Below are positions 1 to 13,800 of a DNA stretch of 64,000 bases, one piece after another (the first letter of the stretch is position 1; every line of letters starts with the position of its first letter). The position numbers were made by a program, and so were the translations under genes. The stretch lies in NCBI GenBank assembly GCA_000934665.2, contig JYFJ02000112.1, forward strand, positions 62,001 through 126,000, read 5' to 3'. This stretch comes from Catajapyx aquilonaris. Its lineage: Eukaryota. The notes under the pieces are model-generated. The model searched no databases. It was not told the DNA's origin and worked only from the letters and a program-made list of their open reading frames with translations.

Positions 1-1810
1 ATAAACATTTCCATCACTATGAAAATACATTAATATGCTGCCTATTCTCAATTTCACAAATAAAAAGTAAATGGCAAAACAGTAAATGATTTCCTATTAT
101 GTAGTCCATATGTCAGATGGGTACAAATTTCCCCCGAATCAAATTGCCTTGTATGTATGCTACAGGTACGCAAGACATATCATTGTAATCTTAGATCTGC
201 AAGCATCGGCACTTCAAACACGAATATCTCAAAATGACAAACAACCAAGTTACAGGATTTTGACTTGCAGCATCAGAATTCTGCTGAAGTATCACACCGA
301 GTCCTCACATTTGTTAGATATTTAAGGGGAGAGGTCTAAATTATTATTCTCCTGAAACACATTTTTACAACTTTATTTATGCATTACAGTTTGAATTAAT
401 CCTTGATTATTAATGCATGCACTCTTTACAAGGGCAGAATGTAATGAAACCATACAATGGATATTTGTTAGGTGCAGTCAATTTTAATAGAATGGATTAA
501 CTCCACTACGCACAGGTTTCACTTTGAAAGTAATGCTTCTAAGAAGACATACTGTTTCCCAACGGCAGCCCACAAACAACTGAAAATTCATTAAGCATTC
601 TGCACAAAAGAGAACGTGAACAGTATGATTTGGGTGCAAATTTACAGTCAAGCAATTGAAAGGGAATGCAAACATGGGTACTGCACAAGTAAGTGATAAA
701 TTTCGGCCTATATCATTATACACCTGGCATAGAAAAAAAACACCATTTTGTGCAGTAAGCCCACAGAGTAAATCACTTGGGTGTTTTAGTCTACTAGTTG
801 AGAGTACTTCCAAATAATAATCAGACCTCTGTCAAGGTGAGCAAAGAACCTCCCAAGTGATTTACCCTCATATTTCCCCTGTACTGAGGACAAACCACAT
901 GAAACTACATTTCTTCACTATCTACAAGTTATGAAAACATACGGGAAAGAAAACACTTCACAAATTTTTCTGGGTCATTCTACTGCCATTTGAGTAGTAA
1001 AGACATATCCATTATTACTTTTTTTTTTCTCAAGTCAGAAGTTTATGATTTTAAATGCGTCAATTTCATCATATCACTACTGATCCCTATTCATCCTTGA
1101 CAGAGATGTCCCAACAATGTTTTTGAATAATGAAAAAGTCAAAGTCTCATTATTTGGTCCTTCATTCTGAATGTTAACGAAAAGTTGGATCCGGAGAGAA
1201 CTGCAAAACCCAGTCCTCATTCCTCTTTCTCAATTCATCATGCCGATATCAGGGTACATTGAAATTTTCAGTTTTGCAGTACAGATGAATTATTACAGTG
1301 AATATCAACATACATGCTTTATGCAGTCATACTACAAAATTACAAAATGCCTTCATTTGCATTATTCATGTCAACTTCATACATAGTTGTCACCATTTGA
1401 TACTGAAATACACATTTCGACTGAAACATAGCTTCGAATCATGGGATACAAATAGCTCCATGAAACTGTCACAAAAGCACAATACACGCTCACTGGTTGT
1501 GTATGAATGACATGATATTTCCTAGTAAAAATAAATAATTACATTATGAGTCACTTAGTGTTCCAGATGAACCATACAGACAGTTGGCTTGTCTCACATT
1601 TACCACATATTTGTAACATTGTATGCGCAGCACTGGTGACAAAGGGCACTTTGATGTTCTTTTAACTATCAAAAAATGACAGTTGAAGGAAGCACAATTA
1701 TTCTACTTATTTTTGATAAATCAACTCTGTATACCGTAGTATGAAAGACAATATAAATACCCGACATGTAGGCCATGCTGTGTGACAGCATTGTTTCCTT
1801 CACTGCAACC

Positions 1811-4555
1811 TCATGTCAGCGTTTCACCTTTCGTCACCTGCAAAGAAAATAATGACAATTAGATACAGGTAAGTACAGTACATAATAAAGCTCTGCAGTA
1901 AACCACTAGCAACAACTCAGGTATCACTGTGATAACATTGATTGCTAGTAACCATTGTACTGTTCATACATCTTGGTAAGTTCCAAACATTCCAGTTCCT
2001 GACACAGAGCTAAACCAATGATGACTTTCTATGAGTGGCATTTGAGATACACCAACTGCATCTCTGTCATTGTTGCCAAGCAGTAAGCCTCCTTATTTTA
2101 TTTGGGTGGAGCCTAGAAATGAGCAAGGTCTGTTGCTAAGTAACCGGAAAACCTTCATTATTTCGGCCAAACTGTGAGGAGGAGGTCTAAATTTTTTGTG
2201 TCTGAACCACTACAACAAATTTCAAAATGTTTTTGTTAGAGGGGCTCACGTCTTTGGTAAAGAAGGTAGTCTACTTCGTTTCTCCTCCACATAAAGGTAG
2301 GTATAGGGTTAAGAGGGGGCAGTTTTAAAAGTGTTTTAAATGGTTTAACAATACTTTACAAGCAGGTTACCGTATGATCTAGAAAAGTTTCCATGAGTTC
2401 CTGACTAACTCGGAATTGTATCGGGGATTTATTTGTTTTTATTTGGTGGTCTGGCACAGTGGCTATGGAATTAATTCCTGAAGTTGGGACAGGTTTGGAA
2501 TCTGCATGCTTGGCCCCCACGATGTTATCGCCCAGGCCAATCCTGGAATAATTGATGCATTGCCCAGGTTACGATATTCACTGCACTGCTTGGCCATGCA
2601 TGACATATCAATCCACATTGACTCACACCTGTGACCAATTTGATGAATACGATTCACATCTTGCGAGAAAGCAATATAATCTGACAAAAACTCAATAGAA
2701 TGTCATCAGCCTTGTTTCGTGTTGCCTACTTGATCCCTACACCCTAGCGGCCTAGCCCTGTCCCATCATGCCACATCCTGCAGATTCGATTACATTGACT
2801 CCTCCAGGCCTTATTTATGTAATCATTTTCAATCACTCGTATACCTAACAACATTATTTCCGGTCCCACAAGATGGACAGTACTTGGTGCAGTCACCCCA
2901 AATACATACAGCTAACACCGACACAATCCTAAGTGCACTTTTTCAGTGGATATTGTAACCTATAGTGTGGAAAACAAAACAACAATCTGACGTCATCAAG
3001 GTTTCCCTGGAAATACCCTCCCAGAACAATCTGAGTAAACAGTGTCAACATAAAGCAACAATGGAAGAAACGATGACGTCAGATCGTTGTTTGGTTTTCC
3101 GCACTATAGGCAACATATTGATTCCAGGACCGGCCTGGGTAATAACATCATGGTGACTGAGCTTGTACAGCGCATACCGGACCAGCTTCAGGAATTAATT
3201 CCACAGCCACTGTGCCAGACTGCCAGGTAAAACCCAGGGCAAATCCCTGATCCACAATGTTACACTTGGTTGGGAACCAATGGAAACTAGTTTCCGCATT
3301 GCACAGTAACACACTTGTAGAGTTCAGCCCCTTGTTCCTATTACACTGTATGCTTATTCATCTCTTTTCTGGTAATCTAAAAGTACCGATTTCATTACTT
3401 CCCGTAGTTGAAAGTAACTGCCATTCGTCCCATTCAAACTGACGGAGACGGCCAAATATGATGTCCTAATTCCACTGTACATGTGTGAGAATGGGTTTTC
3501 CTCTCTAAAATATTTATTGTTTAGAACATCTACAGATCTCAGTAATGACAATATGAAAATTATCCCAAGCCTGGCATTAATAATACCAAAATGCCATTGT
3601 TTTTTTGGGGGGACGGACAATGGCAGTGGGCAGTGACTTGAAATTGTCACAAGTAACCAGATAATTTTTCCATACCCATAATTTATTCCTTATTGACCTA
3701 TCCCAAATATTACAGTAACATGCTGAGATCACAGATCAACATTAAATTTATTTCCAGTCAAACCCAAGCCCACCAATAGGACAGACATCCTGGCTCGGCC
3801 CAAGAGGGAGCATCCTGGTGTCATTCACGACTACACGCTTCCAAGGAGTGTTCCTCCCGAAGCCCTCGTGGTACACATGCACTGGTATTATACTGTACAG
3901 TAATTATCATCATCATTGTTACATTATCAGGCCGTTGCAAGTCCCAGGATTCAAGAGTTAGCCATCCCGAAGCATTTCACACCAAAATACGTCTCTTCGG
4001 ACACCCGCCGAAACATTGAAAGAAAAAAACGAAGACACTCTACATCAAGTTCTGGCAGGTCCGTGAAATCTGTATGACTGCAACCGGTGCAAAATCAAGA
4101 ACTGGATCACCATGCGGCCTTTAATCTGGATACCCCCCAAATAAAACCATATGGATTTAGTTACCCGTGCTTCCAAATATTCTATTTTCCTCTCCAGCGT
4201 GGTCAGCTTCTCATTCAGCATCGCCAAACGGGAACGACACGACATGTCTGGGGGGAAAAAAAAGTGCACAAGTTTTATGAGACAATACGGTTCATAATAT
4301 GCTCAGCATCAGTTCGGAACCCTTCGAATCGAACTACGATGACCAACTTCCTCTTTTGATCAGTGGGCGTGACCCCCTTCCCAACAGAACCGGGTACCCT
4401 CCCCCAAATAAATAAAAACTATTAATACCAAAAGAGTTGAGGAAGTCCGCAATCTTCTTGATGGACCCAGTGATGACCTCGATGTACTCCCGGTTGGCCC
4501 AGTCCTGCTGAATTTGCTTCTGGATCGCCTCTCTGTGAACTGCACCGGCAGCCAT
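1811..4555 (-). CDS. BRK1: BRICK1/HSPC300, WAVE regulatory complex subunit; exons 4555-4429, 4247-4165, 1837-1811 (78 aa)
   Basis: Spliced product [78 protein letters not shown] closely matches the BRK1 family. GT-AG junctions; 127+83+27=237 nt, in frame. Confidence 0.97.
2353..3323. mobile_element. Old fold-back/MITE-like element with long degenerate inverted arms (~2353-2587 and ~2934-3323) in BRK1 intron 2
   Basis: Left arm gtctggcacagtggctatggaattaattcctgaag is the reverse complement of cttcaggaattaattccacagccactgtgccagac (1 mismatch). Weaker similarity continues for about 200 bp. Confidence 0.7.
2963..3106. mobile_element. 144-bp MITE with ~35-bp TIRs and TA target-site duplication (Tc1/mariner-type)
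   Basis: TA|tagtgtggaaaacaaaacaacaatctgacgtcatc ... gatgacgtcagatcgttgtttggttttccgcacta|TA; TA at 2961-2962 and 3107-3108. Confidence 0.8.
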
Positions 4556-4799
4556 CTTTGATTCGAACAACAATTTCCAACGGGGCCGAAAATTGCGTCG
4601 CTGTTGTGGCTGCAACTCGCGGCTACTTGTGACGAATAGCGGCTATTTCCATGAATCGCGGCTATGCAGGGTTATGGATAGTGGCGGGTAGTTCCAACAC
4701 TGTTTGTGGCGGGCTTTATTTCTAGGAGCGGCTCAAAAACGGCCGGCTTGTGGTTCGGACTAGTTGCACCTGTGACTGTGCTAAGTGCAAGTGTAAGTA
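4556..4799. promoter_or_regulatory. Putative bidirectional promoter plus 5' UTRs between BRK1 (-) and srGAP first exon A (+)
   Basis: 244 nt between divergent ATGs (4555 and 4800); CpG-rich; GCGGCTA repeated at 4619, 4639 and 4658. Confidence 0.7.
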
Positions 4800-4887
4800 A
4801 TGATCAAGCCTGAAGCGGCTGCTGTAGACAAAAAGGGTGGGAAGAAGGACAAGGAGTTGCTGATAGAGCTGGATGTTCAAACAAAAG
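4800..4887 (+). CDS. SRGAP: srGAP first coding exon A: MIKPEAAAVDKKGGKKDKELLIELDVQTK(D)
   Basis: 88 nt (3n+1), donor AAG|GTAAGC. Joined to 40464 it gives KKDKELLIELDVQTKDIRLQLNEQ, which aligns without gaps to the vertebrate SRGAP N-terminus as I recall it (KKDKEIIAEYESQVKEIRAQLVEQ). Confidence 0.88.
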
Positions 4888-7800
4888 GTAAGCACACCCC
4901 TGCGACCTTGATCGCGCACCTTTACAACAACAAAAAAATTACGTCACACTAAATTGGCTCGAGTAAAGGACAGGTGTAATGAGAGGTATTGTTGGGCTGG
5001 TCGTAAAAATTCAGGCCTTACTTTCGGATGCCACGTGATGCCTTAATCTTCTTTTTTTTATTATCTGGAAACATTGACCCACTTTGTTGTGAGAAGGCTT
5101 ATCAAGCTTACAGGGGCATGTTTTCTTAGAAAGTGATTACGTCGCTTTCCGCAATATTTACAATGCATTACGGTAAAAGGCTTTATGATTTATAACGCGG
5201 GAGAGGAAACATGCAAATGTTTTGCGAAAATAGCTGTGACAGCACAATTCAAGGCTACGACTCACATTTCACGATTCATAAATTTGTGCATAAAGTTGTG
5301 TCATATCTACTCAGTTACGGCCTGTTGCTAGGATAAACAATCCATGCCAATACCAAGGTTGCTCAATATATATCTTATTGGGATGCACAAGTGGCAAAAA
5401 TCGTGACATGACTTATGCTAATGGGATGCATAAACAAAAACTGTCCTTGATCAGGGCACTACTAATAGTCCATGCACATTACTGTCCCAAGTTGTAATCA
5501 AAGTACTTAGATGCATCGACATTGCCCAGACCACACCATCAGAGTTCGTCGTTCTTTGCGTCTAAATAGAGCCAATTAACGTAGGCGTGATGGAGGTTAA
5601 GTGTGGACGTGCAGCAGCTGCCTCCTGAGAGTTAAATGCGGTGCACACGAGTCTGATTCATCCTATATGTCAAGCCTTGACCTCTTGCACAAAAAAATTG
5701 TAGGGGGTGATGTCAGCCTCAAAGATGGCGGGAAATTTGACCACAAAAATCGAATCGCTGACTAAACATTTTGTAGGAAATAAAGTTGCGGTTTTCCGTA
5801 GTATACGGTGGCAATGTCCTTATTCAGCAGGAAGCTGTTATCTCCAGATATATATGTGCAGTGTTTCGCGGGTCCAAACTTCGAAGAGCATTTGCATAGT
5901 CTAGGGTGCCATTTAAGGGCATCTAGAGATACACTAAATTTCCGGTGTCGCCTTATTCTTTCCTATGACTCACTTGTCAACTGCTTAAACTAGGTTAACA
6001 ACAGTCCAAACGGAAGCTTGTATGCAAATCGACTATTGTATGACAATAGTGGAAGATACATCCTGCATATTTATCACAGCATGCGCAGGATCATTACGGA
6101 ACAATTTAGCGTATCGTTCACGTCATATTTAATACCGGTTGCGTCCGGTACTCAGTACGCAAATTCCAGTGGGTTTCGTCTAAGTATTTTCACTTTAGTT
6201 TGACGCCCACTTTGTCTTCTTAGCAAAAGCATGTCATTTGTTCTAACTTCCTTTTATGTGTCCTCCTACGTTCTTCATTAAGGAGTGGAGAATGTGGCTG
6301 AAATTCTCATTCCTTACCACCCTTTGTTGATGGATTCAAAAATCCGTCTTCGATCCGCCTTTTTTGTTTTAACCTCTCCGAGGAAACATGCCTTTGACTT
6401 TGGCAGAACCAGAGAAGGTGCAAAACCGCGGTTCTTCCCTCTGGTGTTAAAAATAGTGGATGTTAAGACAAACACATGCAGGCAGGAGGGGTTGGATTTT
6501 CCAATTGTGCAGACACCCGTTTTTAGAAACAGGCTTGCCAACAAATATGGGCATGTTTCAAGGAACAATTCGTCGAATGGGGTTGAGTCAATTTCGACCC
6601 TAGATTTTGCCACCGTATGGCGCTAGTAGTGTTGGAATCGAAGCTAGTGCTGCCGTCTGTTGGGACCGGTTAGAAAAAACCCCCTACAGATAAATTCGTA
6701 ACAATCGACGCTGTCCGCCCTTCCCTGTCACGACTAAATAATAAATGGTGGCCCTCATCTGACGGCTTAGCAAGTAGTGTAAAACGTGAGGAATGCAATT
6801 TATGGAGGTTGAAGAAGATTTATGTGAACATGGTTGCCAAGTTATTTTTTGGAGGGAGGACCACCACCACAAATGGAGATGTCCAGAAAAGATCCCTTTT
6901 ATGCTTTTCTTCTCAATCCAAGGGTTTAAAAGGAGAGGGGGGATATTTTTACGGCCAGTTTCACGCGAAGTCGAATATTTTATTGGCGTTTGATTTTGTG
7001 CTTCCTTGCACTGATTCTAAGTTTAAACCGAGCGTTTTTGAAATATTTATGATGGGAAGGGGGAGAAAAACCAAGGACAGCATTTTTGCCTAATTTATGA
7101 TTAACCGCACTTGTCGTGACAATGCGGGTGTGAAAAAAAACTAGGAGCTAGAAACTTTTGGCGTGAATAATTTAGTAATTACGCGTATGAAGAACAGGCC
7201 ACGCGCCGAGTTATCTCTCACGTTCATGCCTGAAATTTGCATGTGTTGACAGCTTGCTCTTGACGTTTTACGACCAAAATACCAACACCGACGACACTTG
7301 TCGAGCAGGAGAGAAAAAAAACCCCATAGGACGTGCCGGACATGTCAAGGTTTTTTTGGACCAGCAAAAATGCGGTGTGTACACTGGTGACCCGTCTCTT
7401 TTTTAAAAAATATTAGCATATCAGCTGACATGCATGGTGTTTACTTTTAAATGGACATTTGCGGAGTCGCTATTTGAACTCTGTCGCTCGCTCGCTCGCA
7501 GGCACTCATACATAGTACATCAAGGTATACAGATTTTGATTGAAATTGGACTGCCGGCCAGAGTGCTAATCTGCCCTGTGGGCATTGCTTTTTTGACCAT
7601 TTCACGCTACGTATATATACGAATAGTGTCTCGGCCAGTAATAATTATACTGGGAATGCAATTATGTGGCTTTCATTAATTATTACAGTACTACTGGTTT
7701 GATGTACAAAGTTTATACTGTACTGTACGTGGAAATTACCTGCAGTGTGATATGAAACTACAAGCAATTTGGATAGAGTACCCTTCAGTCTCATCATTAG

Positions 7801-10800
7801 ATTATAATTGCTACGAATATGCCTCTTGTCGTAATGTACTTCAGATATACAAGAGCTGTAGAGCTATATCATTTTCCTGTACTCGACATTTTCCAAATCC
7901 GGGCATATAAAGCGTTGGAGGCGCCCCCGGAAGGCGGATTACGAACCGAGGGAAATGTAATTTGGTGACAGTATCGGAGAGTTTCTCCGATATTACATGG
8001 GGGAGTTAACGAAGCGAGCAATGCAAACGAGGGGTAAAAAATGTTTTACTGGCGGTTACCTGCTGTATGCCCTTGATGAAGGTGGTTTCAGCCATAGAAG
8101 GACAGCAACCCAAGTGTGCTGGTCTTGTTCGCTGGGATATCTGAAGGGGCTAAACTCCAAAATCCTATCAAAATTCCTCGCACATTTCCGCCATTTTATT
8201 ACTTCTCTCTCTGCACAGCTCAAATTTTTCGTGGAGAAAACCGTCCCCCACCTTTTGTTCCTCAAACAAAAGGACCTGGAGGCAGACTTAGATCTGTCGG
8301 CACAGAGGACGGGAAATATAAAAAATCGAGGTTTAGTGTAGCAGACAGCCCTGAATTGCCCCTCGGCGACTGATTCCTATTTGTCGTCGGAATCATCAAT
8401 AACGGAAGCCAGCATTAAGGGGAAAGTCCAGGGATTTGAAGGCAGTGTCCAGTATGGCTCTAGTGGTGTTTAGGGTGCGCTAACCTAGGGGGGAAACGAT
8501 TTGTTGGCTATTGTGCCTCAGGATATTCCATTTCCATGTACTGCGACGCAAGTGTTCCTGAGGGAGTTCGCAAGTTTGCAAACTTTCTATATAGGATCTG
8601 ATTACGTTTCCTGTGAGAGGGGGGGAAGGTATTTGAAGCAAAAATGTTATTTGCTGAATTCTGCGACGAAGGATGCTGGATTGATATTTGCCCACCTTCC
8701 AGCATTAAAATGTATGAGGACACTTCTTGGGCTGGACTAGAGCTGGGGGGAAGTTTTCTGTCCGGTTGAGTAGAGCCATATAGACGAGAAAACAGAAAAT
8801 GGTTGTCAGTAGCAGAGTTTTCGATTCAAGGCAGCTCATTCGTGCTTGATGATGGGAACCGCGTGTCAAAAACGGACGAGCTTTTGGCTTTTACACTGAA
8901 ATGATCTCGAATAGCGATGCAGTGTTTATTACGCTTCACTTATTCAATATATCCTAACTTCGCAGCTTAATGAAAGAGCCCGTTATTGCAATTTATTGCG
9001 CAGTAGGATCTTATATTGCTTGTGCACGTGGTACTCCTCTGAAAAGGTTCTGAACTTAACGAGACTTTCGAGCGTTATTTTTCTACAAAGAGCACAGGTA
9101 CGTACTATTCTGCTGATATTTAATTGGAAGGAGTGCGTTGCGAAGTTTATAGATAAACACTCTCCACTGCTTATCAGGTTTATCTACAACTTTTGACCGC
9201 TCTATGCTTATGTTCCCGGCACTATCAAACTACTCGATAATTGCATATAAAGGGTCATTACTCTATCAACAGCCGATACTGTACACAGTATCACATCACT
9301 GTATAGGCTATCAGTATCAATGTTACTGTAGGCCGCTACAGGCCATGAGTCTAGCAGCCTGAATGAGAACATGTGCTTTTTGCTATGAATTTCAAATGGC
9401 CACTATGTTATTGTAATAGTGGCATTATCGTACACGCATATTGACATATGACCATGCATTATTTGGTCTCCTAACCGTCACCCCAGCCCCAGAGAAACTC
9501 ATAAGTCGCAAATAATAAGCCGAGATTGCCTCCCCAGAAAGGGCGTAAATTAGTCCAGTAAATATCCAACGGTATTCCGCCACATGTTGACTCCTAGGGA
9601 CAGTATTGGATCCCCCGGATTTTCAGAGTGGTCACAATTAGCTCTGCTCTTCTCCCCTATGTTGACAATAAGGGGAGAACTTTCCCTCGTATATATATAG
9701 ACGACGTGTCACTCTGTCTCTGCGTGAGGCACATTCGCATCTAATTGGGTACGTAATGTCATTTAGGAAAGCCTCTAGTCTCTAGTGCGATGGAATCGAT
9801 CCAATTTTTTTGTCCCAAAAATTACGGGTGCATTGTACCCGCACCGAGGGGAGCCCCGAATTTACGAGAAGCTAGTGATCTATCGTTGATCAATACATTG
9901 GGCTGGGGGGGCAGGCCCATTGACAAGAGATCTGCATTTTCACGGGATGACTCAGTATTTAACCATGGCATGCGATTCGTTCATAAAAGTACGACCAAAA
10001 TGTGGGCGTGACGTGTATATTGCCAAGATGTCGGGGCTCGATAGGAGATGTTAATTCGGTATATCCGACCATTTCCTGTTCCGTCCAGAATAGGGGAAAA
10101 GGGATGGTCGCATCCGTGTTAATTCCTCTGGCACCCTCTGCAGGATATTGCTGCTGGGGTTCAGCTTTTGCCCCTCAGAGGATTACATGGTGACATCTTT
10201 AAAATGTCCAATTTAGCCCGGAAGCTGCAACGAAAATAGATTCTTCCTGATAGATATGTGGAAATGTTGGTGAGATTAATGTTTGTGCAACTTTGCGATA
10301 TACAAACGGTGCAGCTTGCGGAGGCCTGGTGTTTATACATGCGGGAGGCCCAGAAATGTGGTGATTGTGCCTATATTACAATGGGGGTCTATTATGCGTT
10401 GGGATGTAGTCAGCAGCTGTTTTCAAGCTATTATTCGCGTACTCGCAGAGGGGCAGAGTCAATTGTGTGTATATATGGACCGAGTGGCGACAAATGCAAA
10501 CGCACATTTACTGTAGCCGCTGTGTACACAAGACGCAATCTGCGAGTTTCATGAAGGAAAAGTGCTTGTATAGCCAAATCCAAATCAGTGCTGAAATCAG
10601 GAAATAATGATGGCCACCAAAATAATGTCCGAAAACCGCCGGGCTCAATTACGCATAGATACACGCACCCCCTCTGGTGAAATGAAATATGTGTGTACCG
10701 AGGGTTGTAGACAATTTGAAATATGATAGACCCGATGCCTATAAATGCGGTGGGGTCCGAGTCATAATTGGAAGTGTCAGCCCTTACTGTTGCGGATGGG

Positions 10801-13800
10801 ATGCACCGCAAATCATACACAGCACGGTGCAGTTACATTGCATGGTTCGTGGAAGTCATCAACACCGGCAGCCTTCCAAATAGCTCCATTGGTGCAAGCG
10901 TTGCATCGTAACTAACTCTATTTTTGCGGAGCACATGGTCTATTTGGCGAATTTCCTGCACTTTACGCTCAAGGCCGTATACTTCAAAAGAGTGTGTCCT
11001 GGATGTTATGAACGGTAAGCCCACGGATTAAACCTATTCCTGCACTTGGTTCATTCCCCCCTAAAAGCCATACACGTTCTGTAAGCCAGGTCTATATGCC
11101 ACCAGCATAACTCAGTTATATTAATCTCCCGGATAAAGCAGCATTAGTTTCATGCAGAATTCAGACGAAATGGCTTCCAGATGAAAATTAACTTATTATA
11201 TGGATATGATGGCTTTGCATATAGCATATGAATAATGTCGGTAAAGTGACACACTTGGCTTGTGATGTGAAATTGGGTGGAAGTAATGTTTCGGCCAAGA
11301 ATACACAAATTACCAATCTTCCAGCAACCTCAAACCTCATTATTTCGCGACCCGATATGTTTCACTTGTCTAAAATGAGCGCATCAGCCTCAAAGTTAAC
11401 GAGATTCACTCTCCATTTCGCAAGGCCAATTTTCCAAGGAAATTGCATTAATCATTAGATTACAACTGACTAATTAACACCGGCTTCCTGTTTATAACTT
11501 GTCTTATACAATGGTTCGTTCATAAAGGTCATGAAAGATGTGCCCATCTTTATAGAGGGTTATCTGCTGGTTGATGGACATATCTCTGACATGCTGAGGA
11601 GGTAAAACTTGTGACTTCAAAATACCATGAAATGCGGGTAATTGGGATAAGTGGGCAAATTTCTTTTTTTCTTCTCTAGAAGAAGAAGATGAATGGGAGC
11701 ATGGAAGACCTCGAGTCTGTGGAAATTTCCGGTTTTTCTTGCGGTTCCAAGATTTATGTATAGTGCTGGTGCTGGATCGATTTCTATACCCGTCGCCCCT
11801 CTTCCTATTTCTCAGTCCCATGAAAGAGCCTTCGTCCAATTGGGATTGAAAAGCCCACTCTCCATACCCAGAGCATTGTTATGAGGAAAGTGGATGCTGC
11901 AGGGCGGAAGATTGCCCTCGGGCTATGTCAAACCGCAAATATCTGGAGACTCACCCCCGTGGCCATAAAAACTGTTTCTCTGTATACCAGTCGGAGGCAG
12001 TAAACTTGCTTTTTCCGTATAGAAACTTATATACTGTGTCTTGTGTGTGTGTGTATAAGGCCCTATGTTCTGTTGGGATATTTCAAAAGCCATCACGGTT
12101 CGGTTCCTACTTCAAACGTTACAGACGCCTCCCGAAGGACTCGTTTTAAAAAAGACTTTTAGCGAAGGCACACAGGTGGTTAGTGGATATATGGGACCGG
12201 TTTTTCTGACGAATATCTTAGTTTGGCAAACATCCAGTCCTGCTGGAGTCCAACAGCCGATAAATCGACAGTTTCGATTGGAAATGGCGTCGCTAGTTAC
12301 ACATTTTTTTTACTGTAGGTTCAAAATAGCGTTGCGTTAATCTGATTACTTCCACCCCTGCCCTGGTTCGGTGTCGATGGCCAAACATGCCCCCGAATAT
12401 ATTGGCATCCCCGCCGATTGATTCGCAATACAATTTTCCACGTCACGGCCTCTCATTGTCTCCGGTATTCCCCCACTCTTTGAAGCATCGCGATGCATCG
12501 AACAACCGGTGTAATCTCATGGGGGACCTGATAAATGCGGGTGATCAAGAGATACAAACGTTCCGGCGTCGCAGGAATATTCACGGGCACAGGATCTGAT
12601 AGCACGCAAATAAAACCGCAAATTGCATCAGTGTATGGGAGCGAAACTAGCAGTAACTCAACTACACACCACTTACTCCGAGAGAACTCCATTTGCATGT
12701 ATGTGCAACTAACATCGTTGATTGGCGGTGTAAACGACCGTTCTAAACACGCTTCCATCACAGCTCTTTGCATACATATAATAAAGTGCAGGCCCCCTCT
12801 GAGTGGAAAGGGTGTAAAAAAAAATCCGCATGATTAACTTCCTGCAATATTAAAGCCATTCGTTAAAACTGGGTGCGATGATACCATCTGGTGCAGCTTG
12901 GTGGTTTGGAAAGTTCCTCACCAGCCATCATGTGAACCTGTTACAAAGCCCTCCAATTCCTCCCTAGAAGTCGAAAATGACGGAAGGAGCAAAAGGCTGG
13001 AGAATTTTCCTTGAGATCAAATAGCTCGGGGTACAGTGCTGAATTGTATTGTACGTTGATTGCTTCAATGTCCAGAGTACAGAGTACAATATGCTTGCTA
13101 GGTGGAAAAGTTGATGCCCCTGCCACCGAAATTTCGTGAATGCGTTATGCAAATGAACATGAGGGTGGTTTTGAACTGCTGGAACGAGTTCTGTATATCT
13201 AAATTGGATCACAAGAAGGAGGCTCATTTTAGGGAGGGTCCGTGAGGTCATTTCAGGCGGAGGGTGCTGCCGGTATATAAGGGAGGGAGAATATTGCCTT
13301 ATTTCGTTATTTGCAAACGTGATGAAAAGTCACCAAAGTGACCAGGGAGCGGACAGAATAATAGAGTGTTTACTCTGAACGTTACCCCCATTTTTTTTTG
13401 TGAGAGGATAACAAAACGGCGCCATTTCGAATGCTTTTGCATACTGTACCGTTAGTGGGCAATAAAGTCATCTGGGAGATAGGAATAGGACATATTTTTA
13501 GGGGACATGGAAAAAGAGCCGCGTGGGATTCGAGAAAGCTATACTTTTATGTGTTCCTCGTGTTCTGCTCTCGCATTTCCATTCCGGTTGTGCCTCGTAA
13601 ACCCAACGGGTATTTTATACTGATTATTTCATAAAGGGGTGAGCAGACGCTATACCAGAAGAAAAGGGGGGGAGCCAGCATCAATATAAGGACCCTCGTC
13701 TGGTAGAGTGTTCACACTTCCATTTTCTGAAAAGAAAAAAAAAAGAAGGAATACGAATGGCAGGGACAATCCCAAAGTGCTGGTCTGGGGATGATGCAGC

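Noticed and set aside
6285..6626. Overlapping 113-aa and 99-aa ORFs on opposite strands
   Set aside because: No motif, splice context or homology that I can recognise.
7972..7992. Perfect 9-bp hairpin tatcggaga-gtt-tctccgata (a similar one at ~19923-19949)
   Set aside because: Too short to exceed chance in 64 kb; bacterial terminator logic does not apply here.
11008..11014. ATG AAC G|GTAAGC as another phase-1 first exon
   Set aside because: Only two codons with no supporting context; expected by chance.
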